Assembly (NCBI GenBank): GCA_050613775.1
Contig: JBODTK010000105.1
Span: 124,001 to 188,000, forward strand
Length of the DNA: 64,000 nucleotides
Source of the DNA: Neocallimastix sp. 'constans'
Lineage: Eukaryota
Direction of reading: 5' to 3'
Part shown: positions 48,101 through 61,200 of the stretch, piece after piece
Numbering within the stretch: the first letter of the stretch is position 1
How the letters are laid out: each line of letters starts with the position of its first letter
Made by a program: the position numbers and the translations under genes
The notes under the pieces: generated by a model
Databases searched by the model: none
Seen by the model: only the letters and a program-made list of their open reading frames with translations
What the model was told of the DNA's origin: nothing

Positions 48101-50814
48101 TAATGAATAACATCAATAATACATTTAATAACAAACATGACACGTCAAATAACACTAACAACACGAAAAAGTACACGAAAAATGATATTGATAATAAGAA
48201 CAATAGAAAAGTTTTATTTGAGAATAATAATAATTTTATTAAAGATTCAAATATTAATGAAGATAAACAAAAATATGAAAATACTATAATAGATACTTAT
48301 AATAAAGATAAAATTATTGATAGTAATAATTCTAATCAAGAATACATGAAGAATAATAGAAATGAAAATAACGATATAGATAAAATAAACAAAGCAGCGA
48401 ATAAAAATATTCAATATTATAAAAATAAAATAAGAAAATCAAATTATAATATTTATAAATTAATGAATGGATTAAATGATGTAATCCAAAATAATAATTA
48501 TATTAAAAAATTAATTGAAAATAACATACCTTTCAATGTACAAGAAGTAAACAAACAATATAATAATAATAAATATAATAATAATATTAAATTACTTTCC
48601 TATCAGGATAATCAAGGCAATAATGACAAAATATTGGATAAATTTCAAAATAGTCCTGATAAATATGAAAATTCAAATTATTCTAAAATTGATCCTGCTA
48701 ATAAAATTTCTAATGAAGTAAACAAAGAAATTTTAATTGAAAACAAAAATAATTCAATTGAAAATCCTGTAAATCCTGAAAATCCTGAAAATCCTGAAAT
48801 CCTGTGCAATAAAAACCTAGATTTAAATGAAAATAATTCAAAAAATAAAAATGAAATTAAGTTGTTAGTAAAGAATAAAAAAAGTGAGGATTTAAATTTC
48901 AAAGAGAAAGAAGAAGTAAAAAATAAAACTAAAATTAAGATTTTAAAAAATAAAAAATATAAAATTACAAACGAGAAAAAAAATTTTATTAATGAAAAAT
49001 TTTCAATTATTGAAAAAAAATTAAATAAATTAAATAATTTTAATAAATTTAATTTTGCCAAAAATAAAGTTATCCATAATAAGGATGAAAAATTTCGTAC
49101 GAAAAATTTTAATGAAGAATTTGATAAAAATTTGATTAAAGCTAATACTAGCTGTAATAATAATATCAATAATGACCAAAAATTAATAATTAGAGTTAAA
49201 AGACCAGGTATGCCGCTTGAAAATAATAAGCATAAAGTTCAGAAATTGGAGGAAATATCCAACATTACAAATAATAATCCAAAAGACTATTATGAAGCTA
49301 TTACTTGCGAAGAAAGTGAAGAATGGATTAAAGCTATATCTACCGAGTTGCAAAATTTAAAGGAAAATAATACAATGACCATAATATCAGAGCTACCAGA
49401 AGGAATTAAACCACTTAGTCCTAGATGGGTATTTACGAAGAAATATGATGGGAATAACAATTTAGAAAAATACAAAGCAAGATTAGTAGTAAAAGGATAT
49501 AATCAAATTGAAGGAGTAGATTATGAATTAACTTTTTCTCCAACACTACCAGTAGAAAGTTTGAGATTAACAGTAGCGTTAGCTTCTTTATTTAATTGGA
49601 ACATTCAACAATTAGATGTGAAAGGCGCATATCTCAATGCGAAATTACATAACGATATATATATGAAACTACCAGAAGGACATGAAAATTATAATGAAGG
49701 TTATTGCAAATTAAATAAGGCACTTTATGGATTGAAACAGGCTGGTCGAGAATGGAACCAAACTATTAGCAAATTTTTGATCAAAAAAGGACTATATCAA
49801 CTAAGAAGTGAACAATGCTTATTCGTTAAGTGGGATAATAAAAATAATGTAATATGTTTAGTAGCTTTATATGTCGATGACATGTTAATAACAGGTATTA
49901 AAGAAGAAATTTTTAATATTATTAATATTATTAAGAGCAATTTCAAAATATCCAAGTGTGAAGAAATAAATCATATTTTAGGATTAAATGTTAGGAAAAA
50001 TAAATTCGGATACACAATCTCTCAAGAAAACTATATTGAAAATATTTTAAAGAAATTTAATATTAAAGAAAATCAAAAAGCTTCTACTCCATGTACTGGT
50101 GATGACGTTAAACTAATTAATAAAACACCTTTCGATAAGACTATTTATCAGAGCGCAGTTGGTTGTTTAATACATGTATCTAAATCGACAAGACCTGATA
50201 TATCATTCTCTGTTAGTAAGGCATCAAGAAAAAACTCAAATCCAACAGTATCAGATTGGAACAAAGTAGTCAACATCCTTAAATATTTAAACCAAACTAA
50301 GAATTATTGCATTTCATACAAAAACAAAGGAGAATTAATTGGTTACACAGATTCTGATTTTGCTAGAGACTTATCAAATAGTAAATCCACTTCAGGAAAT
50401 ATTTTTTTCTTAGCCTCAGGACCAATCGCTTGGATGTCCAGACAACAACAATCAGTAACAAGATCTACTGCAGAAGCAGAATATATTGCCCTTTCTGAAG
50501 CTGTAGCAAATGGTTTATGGATTAAAAATATGCTAAATGAAATGTTTAAAAAGAAATTTGTAATAAATTTAAATGGAGACAACAGAGCATCTTTATTTGC
50601 TGCTGAAAATTATGCTATTAGTAAAAAACTTAGACATGTAAGAGTTAGCTATCACTACTTTAAAGAAAATATTGAAAGAAAAGAAGTAATTTTACATTAC
50701 ATTAAATCTGAAGAAAATTTAGCAGATATTTTAACAAAAGATGTTAATAAAAATCAAATAACTAATTTTGCAAACAAAGTCTTTGATAATACTTTGTTTA
50801 GGGAGGAATGTTAG
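45175..50814 (+). CDS. Copia Gag-Pol polyprotein (Gag-CCHC-protease-integrase-RT-RNase H), 1879 aa
   Basis: Motifs CFICNNENHLAFKC, IDSGASVH, WHLRLCH..C..C, IHSDVLGP, SDNGKEY, YKARLVVKG, LYGLKQAG, LYVDDML and GYTDSDFA, in copia domain order. The stop lies inside the 3' LTR. Confidence 0.95.
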   Translation: MSDVIIHSMDYVLTETNYKDWYEDFKLELDGAGLGEYVERDIEEIINETTAKYTDKHTGLSEEGEEKIRKHKMNNSKVISFTKRSVNSKIKAFIKNKTEEKKSAYALIKLLEKKYKEEELNEIPKLYRKLENLNASNEKEVINYIDEFLEIIEKLSELNIKLNNREKLTYLYKGLPEKQINFLEIRCSISDDIDKILEDMKKQIRNRQTYIHEDEKEVSFISRNDSRSKYSKLNTHHNKHGKSEYHHSKHHNKEFGKKRYSQNNNHYRNSNDNFGNNSYNRKNYSNKKYCFICNNENHLAFKCPFNPKNPNNKIKVIAKKFSQLNLREDELNDIEFCYDNDTSSSETETREINSIEIQSLGEESENEEIPEIPLYETNNLNFINRQHTPKNAGRITKNISRVDNIIDKIIPPIINKIVTNDENKEIIKQYIETNSCNCIGVPSLLFTIDSGASVHVTNSIEFLKDIREYKINLILPNKAKIRITKIGTLSGYVNNKPFEIEDVLYSKELNKNLISYSILRKAGYLADYILIDDNIYFRLANKNQNLLCIAKENDANICNIIVSKRWNINNDQNIYNLELDDYSEKIWHLRLCHFYNNNLRKYLEGHNIKKSNCIDCETSKLKKASFNKSTSRASRPLELIHSDVLGPLKLSRNNYKYVITFLDDYSRKSRIYLMKKRSEVTDIFAQFVKMVSNEQNLTVVKIQSDNGKEYTSNKFVTFCSENGIQRRLTVPRNPQSNGRAERLNGTLENAVKVMLNQAKLSENFWEDAIKTANYIYNITPRSSIDFKIPDELYYKKPVNIDKLKVFGCKAYYYIDPNLKENKFHSNSKPGIFLGYDINANGYIIMDYETLKTHVVRDAVFEEEIPGNFNLINKKPYDEEYNLPSLYADDDIDDYEDINIEDKETFDDNPKSGIFINPMLSTQQTYTHINNNEDHNISNKKRKLEKAINNDKNMSNTNTTVENMNNKDNKLNNTDNIMNNINNTFNNKHDTSNNTNNTKKYTKNDIDNKNNRKVLFENNNNFIKDSNINEDKQKYENTIIDTYNKDKIIDSNNSNQEYMKNNRNENNDIDKINKAANKNIQYYKNKIRKSNYNIYKLMNGLNDVIQNNNYIKKLIENNIPFNVQEVNKQYNNNKYNNNIKLLSYQDNQGNNDKILDKFQNSPDKYENSNYSKIDPANKISNEVNKEILIENKNNSIENPVNPENPENPEILCNKNLDLNENNSKNKNEIKLLVKNKKSEDLNFKEKEEVKNKTKIKILKNKKYKITNEKKNFINEKFSIIEKKLNKLNNFNKFNFAKNKVIHNKDEKFRTKNFNEEFDKNLIKANTSCNNNINNDQKLIIRVKRPGMPLENNKHKVQKLEEISNITNNNPKDYYEAITCEESEEWIKAISTELQNLKENNTMTIISELPEGIKPLSPRWVFTKKYDGNNNLEKYKARLVVKGYNQIEGVDYELTFSPTLPVESLRLTVALASLFNWNIQQLDVKGAYLNAKLHNDIYMKLPEGHENYNEGYCKLNKALYGLKQAGREWNQTISKFLIKKGLYQLRSEQCLFVKWDNKNNVICLVALYVDDMLITGIKEEIFNIINIIKSNFKISKCEEINHILGLNVRKNKFGYTISQENYIENILKKFNIKENQKASTPCTGDDVKLINKTPFDKTIYQSAVGCLIHVSKSTRPDISFSVSKASRKNSNPTVSDWNKVVNILKYLNQTKNYCISYKNKGELIGYTDSDFARDLSNSKSTSGNIFFLASGPIAWMSRQQQSVTRSTAEAEYIALSEAVANGLWIKNMLNEMFKKKFVINLNGDNRASLFAAENYAISKKLRHVRVSYHYFKENIERKEVILHYIKSEENLADILTKDVNKNQITNFANKVFDNTLFREEC

Positions 50815-51171
50815 AAAATTAGTATTTTTAGTTTAAATTTTTAATTAACACTTTGTTCAATACTTTTATTTTATTATAATTTTAAATATTAAATATTAAA
50901 TAGTATATTATAAATAAATAGGATATATTACAATAATATATAGTTTATATAGTTCATGATACAAATAATATAGTTTTGAAATTTTTTATAAGCCTCTTTT
51001 ATATTATTTCTAATAAGTCATGTATTTAATATAATAAATATGTATGTTCCATTGAATGTAATTTTTATGAATATAAAAATATTAAATCATGTATTATTAT
51101 TAAAAAATAGGTTCTTTAATAAAAATAAAACTTTTAGTAAAAAGTAAATATTTATTTACGATTTTTTGTCA
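50809..51171 (+). repeat. Copia 3' LTR
   Basis: Direct repeat of 30524-30886, preceded by the PPT. Confidence 0.95.
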
Positions 51172-51742
51172 TTTCTAAATAATAAAAATTATTATAAATT
51201 TTTTTTTTTTTTTTTTTTTTTTTTGAAAAAGTATTTCCTAACCTATATAAAAATTATGATCAAAAGGTTATGACTTACAATGATTCTTAATATTGATTGA
51301 TTTTTTAATATTTATTTTTTAGTAGAAACCTTTTCATGATGCCACTTATTATATAATGTCTTTAATATTATATACATATATATATATTGTTTGTTTGTTT
51401 GTTTACTTTTATTATTTTTTTCTTTTTTTTTAATTAATTTATTTCATTTTTTTTTAAAATAAAATAATTTTTTAAAATCATTTCAATATAATTTTATTAT
51501 ACAATTTATTTAAAAAAAAAAAAAAACAGAAAAAAAAATAGAGAAAAAAAATAGAAAATAAGAATAAGAATTACTATAATAAAATAATATAGTATTTTTA
51601 GTTCTTTGAATTCCTTATATATATATGTGTATATTTTTTTTTAAAATATTCATTATTATATGTTTTTTTTTTTTTTTTTTTTTTTGGAAAAATTTATTTA
51701 ACAATAGTTAATTGTTTAAATCTCTCTGTATGACATAATAAA

Positions 51743-51773
<31 letters not shown>

Positions 51774-52048
51774 TAAAGATTTTTATTGATATTTTAATTA
51801 TATTAATATATAAAAAATAAAAATAAAAATAAAAATAAAAAATAAAAAATAAATTAAAATAAATAAAAAAAAAAAATAATTTATAAAATTAAAATTAAAA
51901 TTTTTCGACGACTTTAAAAAAAAAAAAAAAAAAAAATAAAATTTTCGACGACTTTAAAAAAAAAAAAAAAAAAAAACAAGAAAAAATAAACTTATTGTAT
52001 AAAACTATAGGATAAAAAATAATTTTCATTTAATAAATAGATAAAAAT

Positions 52049-52241
52049 GGGAGAGTTGCATTTCGACAGGTTGCATTTCTACAAGTGGAGTATTAATATA
52101 AATAAATAAATGAATAAATAAATATTAATTCAAAATAATTTTCTTTAAAATTGTTTTTATTCCATATTAATAATATTTAATTTTATTTATTTAATAATTT
52201 TCAACCTGGCGAAATGCAACCTAGCGAAATGCCCCACTCCC
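52049..52241 (+). mobile_element. 193-bp Mutator-like MITE, same family as 28784-29882
   Basis: Termini GGGAGAGTTGCATTTCG... and ...GCGAAATGCCCCACTCCC. The 9-bp TSD is GATAAAAAT / GATAGAAAT (1 mismatch). Confidence 0.85.
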
Positions 52242-52287
52242 GATAGAAATAATAAAATAAAATAAAAATTATTTAAAAAAATATATA

Positions 52288-52359
<72 letters not shown>

Positions 52360-52451
52360 TTTTTTTTATTAAATTTTTTTTTTTATTTATTATAATAATA
52401 AAAAATCACAATAGAATTGATATGAATTTATTTATTTATTTATTTATTTTT

Positions 52452-52486
<35 letters not shown>

Positions 52487-52573
52487 AAAAATTAAAAAAT
52501 GGATAGAATAGAATAGAATCGAATAATTTTTTTTTTCTTCTTATATAATTTATAGATAAAGTAATATTAACAT

Positions 52574-52612
<39 letters not shown>

Positions 52613-52932
52613 TATATAATTAATAGAGATAAAGTATATTAAATATTTTTATATAATTTATAGATATAAAGTATGTTAATTTTTTTTTTATATATTAATA
52701 TATATCTATATAATATCTATATTTATATTTTATATACATATAAATATATTTTTTGTTTAGATAAACAATTTCTTTTTCTTTTTCTTTTACTTATTCATTT
52801 TCTTTTACTTATTCATTTTCTTTTACTTATTCATTTTCTTTCTTTTTTTTTTTTTTTTTTTTTTTTCTTAAACTTTTTGTTCAATAAAAATACCAAATTT
52901 GAAACAAATAATAGCTTTATATGCCTTTGTAA

Positions 52933-52963
<31 letters not shown>

Positions 52964-53440
52964 TTTTCTAATTAGATATATAATTATAATTTTTTTATTA
53001 TTATAAATCATTATTATTAAATTTATTTATAAATATATATATCTGTACGTTTAGTTTATTTTATTATTTTATAATTTTATTATTTTTTTATTATTTTTTA
53101 TTTTATTTTATTTTATGTTTTATTCTTATTATGGTTATTATTAGAAATAAAAAAAAAAATATATATTTTTTTTTTTTTTTTAATTTTAATATTTATATAT
53201 TTTTAAATATTTAAATCATTTTAAATTAAATAAATGATATAACAATATTTTACTATGGTATTAATATATTAGAATTATTTAATATTAATATTAATATTAT
53301 TATTACTAATGATTACTAATGATTATGATGAATGATCATGATGATGATGGTAATAATGATTTATGAAGATGATTTTATTTTTATTTTTATTTTTTAATTT
53401 TTATTTTTTAATTTTTATTTTTTTTTATTTATTTTTTTTT

Positions 53441-56400
53441 TTATTTATCTATATCATTAATATTTTCATCTTCTACTGTCTTAAACCATAAATAGAAACA
53501 AATAGTATTGATACATTCAGAAACAAAAGGTAATTCTTTTTCTGAAAGTTGAATATCCGGATTTAAACAAATTAATTCACAATCAACACGTTTATCTTGA
53601 TGAAGTGAAAAATGAACTAAATAGCCAGTATAATTGGTATCGAAAAGAATAAGATGTCTAGTAAATTTATCATAAAGTTGACGATGATTTTGACTATAAT
53701 GTTCAGCAAGGAAATTAAAGATATCTGGCCAACATAATTCTTGATTGAGGAAAAGATTACTGAGTTGAGGATCAATTTCAAGAAGTGAACGACGATGACT
53801 AGACCAAGTTTCAAAGAAAAGTTTTGTCCAATGACCCATACTGAGATCTCCCAATGGTTGTTCCCAAACATTTGGTGTATTTGGATCAATTTTAGCACAA
53901 TATTGACTAATTTCCCCATTCAAAAGTTGACGCCATAAAGAATCCTTAGAATAGTATCGGATGGCTTGTTCTGCTAAGATTTCAATTCTTCTTTCTGCAT
54001 ACTTTACAATATCACCAAGGGTATTAGAAGCTGATAAATATTCTTGTAGTGGATCATTATCATCATCATTATTATAGTATTTTTGAGAGGTTGGATTTTG
54101 AGGTTTAATTTTGGAAATATTGGTTTGACGAATGGCAAAATGTGGGAAAAGGTATTTACGATTAAGAACAATTAAGAAATAGTCTAAATTAAGCATTCCT
54201 TTATGCTTCAAGGAAACGTTAATATGATTATCATCATCTAATAATGGATTACTGTTGTAAACTACTAAGGTATATTGATATAAGTTATCCTCTTCGGTAT
54301 ACATGTCTTCAGTTTGACTAAAGTCAGCATAGTTAGAGGTAAGATAGCAAGCCACGGTCTCACCATGAGATCTTACAGGTCTAAAACGATATCGATCTGG
54401 ATTTCTTAAAATGTATTGGAAGAGCCTTTGATTACCGGAGAAGGAGGAACAATCCACAGTGCATTGTCCCTTAATAATACGATTTCTAGCAAAATCTTGA
54501 TGCTTTGGATTATAGCGAACAAAGGTATTTAATATATCTAAAATATCCAATGGGAAATAACCTGTTTTTTCATCTAAAATCATTTGACAATATCTTAAAT
54601 GGAAATCATAGACAAACGATTTTACATGTACAAGATTTTTAAATTTGGCGCATTCTTGAGCAAATAGTTGGTAATTTTGCCAGGTTGAATTAGAATATTG
54701 ATTTTCACTCTTATGGGTATGACGACCAATTTGAATGGTATATAAGTCGACACATACAAAAATACCTTGAATTCCTACTTGAACAATCAAAACACCCTCT
54801 GAAAATGTTTTTTGAAGATAGACCATAAAACTATCCACGGAGAGTGATTTGGAAATGGTAAATTTTGGAGAATTTTGTAAATCTTGACGGGTAGTGACGA
54901 GACTGAGACCTAAATTCTTCAAATACTCTACATATTCTTTGAAAATCTTGATCATTAAATCCTTAAACCAAATGATTGAATTCTTATCAAGATTAACAAG
55001 ATCATCTGGATCATTATCAGTATCAGTACGAAGATAGGTTTCATTACTCAAAAGAACAAGAGAATCACGAATATGCGGAGAGGCAAAAAGTAATGGAGTA
55101 CGACAACTGTGAATTAAACGTGACGAACGTAAATTTAATTCAGGATTAAATTCATTATCGTTATGTGAATCTTGGAATTTACCCCATTTCGTGTAAACCT
55201 TTTGGAAGCTTTCTTGCTTTTGCTTATTACGTTTTTGACGATTATAAGATTCTAAAAATTCTACACCGTAACGTTGAATAAGATCAGGTTGAAGCTCTTG
55301 AATATCTTGAGATTTAATGAAATTATATTTCAAAACAGATTTCAATGGAATACTTAAACGGATATTACCATTATCATTCATTAAATTATTAAGTCGTTGA
55401 CTTGCTTCATTATTTTCATCTAACTTGCTGAGTGGACAAGAACAATTTTCAACAATACTTTCAATATCTGAAATTTGGGCATACTTTTGAGATGAGCCCA
55501 TATTACGGAGAAGACGAGGTCTACTAACAATAACTACCTTGGATTCTATTTGATGATGGAAGAAACCAAGTTTTTGATAGATAATGTTATTTAAAAGTTG
55601 TTTACGTAAATTATGCCACGAAAGAAGACGAGCTACAGAAGAAAAGATCTGTTCACAATAGCTTCGATTCCAATTATAGGTGTAAAGTGACACACCATGA
55701 ACATCAATATAAACGGCCAAAAGACAAGTTCTAAAGCTATCACTTACAGATTGATAAAGCATGATATCTTCTACTGACTTACTAGAGTACGCATTAGAAG
55801 CAGAATTGAGGTAACGATTTTTGGAATGATTGTAAGATTGAATCATGTTACTTGTACTGACATCAGAAGAGGAATGACGACTTCTAAATGAATCTGTGGA
55901 ACTTTTTCTCTCTACCATTAAGGTTTGATTATGCATATTTCTATTTTTGGTATTGATACCATTACTAAGAATATATAAGTAGGATGAAATTTCGGAATTA
56001 TCTTGACTAGAATCATAAAGATGAAGCGGGGATTTTTCACTCAGTGTTTCAACATTTGCAGCAGGATGAAGAATAATTTGAGACATAATATTTTGATAAT
56101 CGGATAAAGCTTCCTTGATTTCCAACACTAAATTTTCCATCATCCATGGTAAAAGTTGAATATTTGAAGTGAGTTCACATATTACTGGATTATTATTTAT
56201 GGAAGCATTTTCAAGAACATGACGGCAAGCGGTAAAGAAACTATTGAATTTTTTAATTTCATTACTTGATAATTTAAGTATTTCATTACCACTAATACTA
56301 CCAATACCACCTATGCCACTCATACCGCTGATACTACTCATACCGTTGATACCATTAGTAAGACTACTAATACCGCCATTTGTGGATTCAAGGTATTTAT

Positions 56401-57710
56401 TAGATGATAATGACACTTCTGCATTTGCAGTAGTAAGTGGGTGGGCATCCTTCAAATTGGAAATACCAATTTCAATAATATAATCTGAAAGGGTCTCATT
56501 CAAACTTTGCTGAATTCTTTCTACTAAAACATCAACATTAATGGATCCTTGAATCCATACTTCAACAATTACATTAGTGGAACCTAATGATTCATGATCT
56601 TCAATATTATCAACAATTTGAATAGTGTCTTGAGGATTTATATCCTCATGTATATTTTCATCGATATCTGTTTGACGAGTAATAACATTACCATCACGAT
56701 CAAAGAAAGATAAGAAAATACAAGCGATACCACTACCAACTGCTGATTCTAATGGTGATGGCCCCTTAAAGTTTTGGAAGTAGTTATATAGGAAGGAAAT
56801 GTCACCAAACAGCTGTTGCTCTTCAGCGTTACTATTACCAGGTGTAGTAGGTTGAGCTGCTGGATTTGTGTGTTTTATGAACGAACATGCATTTGAAGAA
56901 TTATAGTAGTGTTGAAGTGCATTGACAACATCAGAACCATTCATAGATAAAAGATAGAGAAGCATATTTTGCTTTAAATAGTTAATATAAATATGTCTAT
57001 ACTTTAATCCATATGGTAAACGGTAAACAATACGTTTCAACGGACGACTATTTCTTGGAAGAATAAAGTCAATATCTTGTGAGGTAAGACGAACATTTCT
57101 TAAGAGGGTAGAACTCATAATGGAAAGAGTGAAAAGATTCAATTTACCTTCAATCATAGCACAAAATTCATCGGTAATATCTTTACCTGGTTGATCAACC
57201 CCATAAACTTCAAGAATTAACGAATGTTCTGTATTACGATTAGAATTTTTACGGAAACCAGAAGAAGAATTATTACGGTCCAATTGATTTGAATCTGGAG
57301 ACATGGAACGAACATTTTCCTCATTGCCACTTTCAAAGTCAACATTAGTTTCTGAAAGTTTCATATAGAAGATAGGATCATCTTTATTCTTTGAGTAAAA
57401 GTACATATTTTTACGATTTTCAATAGCTAATGGTTGTAATGCTCTTGAGAGATATTTCAAAGCTTGATTAACACGGAAACGCCAGTATAATGGGAATTGT
57501 TTAGTAAACATCAATGGGCAAGCAAATTGACCATATGAAAAAGTTCTATTTTCATCCATTTTAATTGAAAGTGCATTTAAGAGATCACCCGTACCACTTG
57601 TAACTTCTTCATCTGAAACAATATTATGTTCATACCCATCAATTTCTTCATCAGACATTTGTTCATTATCAGATCCTTCATCATCTTTTCCTGGGATAAT
57701 AAGATATTTA
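53441..57710 (-). CDS. SZT2: SZT2-like (KICSTOR scaffold) protein, terminal exon
   Basis: The ORF is extended to the acceptor TAG at 57713-57711. The phase-2 join gives ..HRA-S-KYLIIPG. SZT2-like segments include LQPLAIENRKNMYFY..IFYMKLSE, LEVYGVDQPG, LYTYNW, HVKSFVYDFHLR and DSLWRQL. Confidence 0.8.
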
Positions 57711-57711
57711 C

Positions 57712-57757
<46 letters not shown>

Positions 57758-58255
57758 GAAAATGTATATAAGAATAAAAAAATATAAATGTAATATGAAG
57801 AAAATTAGTATAAATTTAATTATAAATATAGATTATAATAATAAAATTATATATAATAAAATAAAAAAAAAAATATTTATAATAAATAAAAATTATTTAG
57901 GATAAATACAAACAAATAAAAAACAAACAAACAAACAAATAAATAAATAAATAAATAAATATAATAAATATAAACAAATAAAATAAATAAAAATAAATAT
58001 AAATAAATATAAATAAATATAAATAAATAAATATAAATAAATAAATATAAATAAATGAAAATAAATAAATATAAATAAATGAAAATAAATAAATATAAAT
58101 AAATGAAAATAAATAAATATAAATAAATGTAAATAAATATAAATATAAATAAACAATAATTATATAAATAAATAAAAAATAAATAAATAAAATAATCAAA
58201 ATAAAATATTAGTAATAATTTTTTTTAATTGCTATTTTTTTTTTTTTTTTTTTAC
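57711..58255 (-). other. Intron (GT..AG, phase 2) of the SZT2-like gene
   Basis: Donor AG|GTAAA at 58255 and acceptor TAG at 57711, with an AT-only interior; the reading frame is preserved. Confidence 0.85.
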
Positions 58256-61200
58256 CTTGCACGATGTTTATCATGAAGCATTCTTAATAAAATTAAACGA
58301 TTAACTCTTTCACATACATCTTGAATAGCTTTACGAATACAACGCATAATGGAAGCTCTTTCCATACCAAGAACTGTTTTTGAATAATAGTAGAGTTGAA
58401 CGGAGGATTGACGAAGTGTTACAATTAACCAAAAACGAAGTTTATTATTGGAGGAAGAATGATTTACGACTGAAGAATCAAAACTTTCTTCACTTTCACC
58501 TTCACCTTCACCTTCATCATCTTTTTCTTCTTCTTCTGTATTACTGCCTAAATCACCATCACCGCTACCATCACCAATACTAATACCAAGACTTTGACTA
58601 AGTTCATATTTTACGGCTTCTTGATCGGTACTACCTTGATTATTATTTTCTTTAGTATCTGTAGTTTCAGCCTTGTTCTTTGGTTTTTTTGGATCTTCTG
58701 TGATGTAGAAGAAGCCACCTAAATTCTTAATGACATAAGGATAAGTAAATTTATTTGCCTTCATAAATTCTTGAAGGAAAAGAATTTGACCAAGTTGAGG
58801 TGAAACGAAAGCTAATGGCATAGCAGTATGTGTTGGAACTTCTACGAAGGGATTTTTAGTACGAAGTTGAGTTTCGACATAACGAAGAATAGATTCAGTA
58901 ATTGGTTGGAATTGTAGAAGACCATGCATAACTTCTTCCTTTAATAACCATTCAATTCTATTCTTGGTTTCGAGAAGTGCTTCCTGTTTATCCATAGAAA
59001 CTTCTGGAAGTTCATTAAATGCTGGTTCTTCATAGAAACGTTTACCTTCACCGTTGCTCTCTTCCATGCCGTTGTGAAGGATTGGTAAGGTCATACATAC
59101 AATACGTAAAGTAGCCTTATAACCATTATCCACACCAACACCATTACTTCCGAAATCAAATGCAGAGATATTTGGCACGAGATGAGTATGACTATCACCA
59201 TGGCCATGACCTTCACTGTCTTCATTGAAGAAGAAATCATATGAGGAAGGAATATCAAAAACAGGAAGACTAATAGTTTTATAGCCTTGACGTTGATAAC
59301 AAACTTCTAAACGGATGAAAAGTGGACTTTCAGAGTATTCTAACGATTTTTCCAAGATTATTACTTCCTGTAAATTCTTATCTTGATGATTAGCGTACAT
59401 GTGATTACGAGTATCGAATACAGGACGATAAAAGTAAATATTTTTACCATAAATTTCTTCGGTGGAAATCAATTTGAAGTGATGGTTTAATACTGCAGCA
59501 AATTTTTGAGTTACATCCTTAAATTCATTATCAGTATCATGATTCCAGGAACGACAAAGGGTACGAACATCTAAATAGGATGTAATATCAATATCAATAG
59601 GTGATTCTTCACAATGCTTTAATACCATTTCAAAATCGTTTGAATTAATAGAGTTTCCTTGAATCAATCCAGTATAGATACTCTTAATAAACGCATGAGA
59701 ATAGGCCTTTTGAATATCTTCCGTAAATCCTATGGTAGGGCCTGAAATTGGTAAATTGGTGGTATTAGGATTTTGATGATTACCATAACCATAAATAATC
59801 ATTTGACCATTCTTTATTTTTTTCAATTTTTTAACTCTTCCTCTCAATCCATCGGTTTCGGAAGGTTCTATCTCTGAGACTTCCGAAATAATTTGTGAAG
59901 CTTCTCTGGATTCTGGATCTTGTGTTTCTGTTTCTGTAAAGGCAGAAATATCTGTATCATGAATGATTTCACTTTCATCATCTTCCACAATAAGTTTTAA
60001 AGTGGGTAAACTTTTCACCTTTTCTTGTTCAAAATTTTCTGGGGAACGAAGAAGATCATGAATACTACCATTGTTATTATTGCTACCACGACCTTCCCAC
60101 ATGGGATTAGAAGGTTGTTGACGTTGACATTCAAAAATGGCAACAGCAAAGTATTGATAGAGTGGCTCCACTGCATTCTCTTGTAAGTTAGGATATTCTG
60201 GAAGGAAAGCAAGCGAGAATGAATTTGGATCACGATAACGGACAAAGCAACTATTATATCTGAGTTCCTTCATAAGAATGGTAGAATCATCTTCATCGAA
60301 TTCACCTGCTTCTTTCTTATCATGAAGGAAATCTATAACATACTGGAGAACATCTAAATCATTAAAATGATAAGCTTCATCTAAAATAATCTTTGAATTC
60401 GAAACTTGCATTAATTCTCTTTCAAAGAAATAGTGAAGAACATAACAACTCTTCGTGTAGAGACTATAATTTTCACGATTATCTAAAAGAGTTTCAGGGC
60501 AAAGAAGTGGTAATTCAGAGAAATACTTATTGGATGAAGCAATGGAACCATTATCATCTTCCATTTGAAGTAATGGATTCAACATAATACCAAGATCATT
60601 CAATGGTACTTCCTTGACACGGTTAAGTGGTGTAGTTGCTGAGGATGGTATCGTTTCGGTATTTTCATTGACTGCTGAAATAGCATTGGAACTGAGAAGA
60701 ACATCAAAAGCATTTTCTCCTTCCAATTTTTCATCACTTACAGTACTGGTATCATCACTCGTATTATTGACCACATTCTTAATAATGATTGGAACATTAT
60801 AGAGAGAAACAACAAAGTTGGATGTAATAAGAACTGGACTTATACTGAAGAGGGATGGAACAGCAATAACATTATCTTGATTAAGATCATTAGCAAGCTT
60901 TGTAGGTTCTTCATCAAGCCAAGCACGACTGTTATAATGAATTTTATCAAAAGTATAAATTTTAGAAATGAGATGACGATCCTTATAAAGAATACGATCT
61001 CTAATGATTGAATAAACATCCTTCATATCTTTGGTATAAATAGGTTCCATCCAAAGTTCGGTGATGGTTAACATATTAGTATTATCTTTGAAAATAATAT
61101 ATTGAACTGAGCATACTGAAGTACTTTTTCTTTCTTTTGGACCATATCGTATAAGTTTAGAAGATAATGAATCTGAATCTGAATTTGATGGTTTTGACGT

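Larger units (their letters stand above)
30524..51171 (+). mobile_element. Ty1/copia LTR retrotransposon, interrupted in its 5' UTR by a nested gypsy element
   Basis: 363-bp TG..CA LTRs at 30524-30886 and 50809-51171 (one mismatch noticed), a PBS next to the 5' LTR, a PPT AGGGAGGAA before the 3' LTR, and an intact gag-pol ORF. No matching TSD. Confidence 0.9.

Noticed and set aside
57893..58199. ORFs of 87-100 aa between the SZT2 exons, and 52673..52975
   Set aside because: Low-complexity intronic or intergenic sequence.
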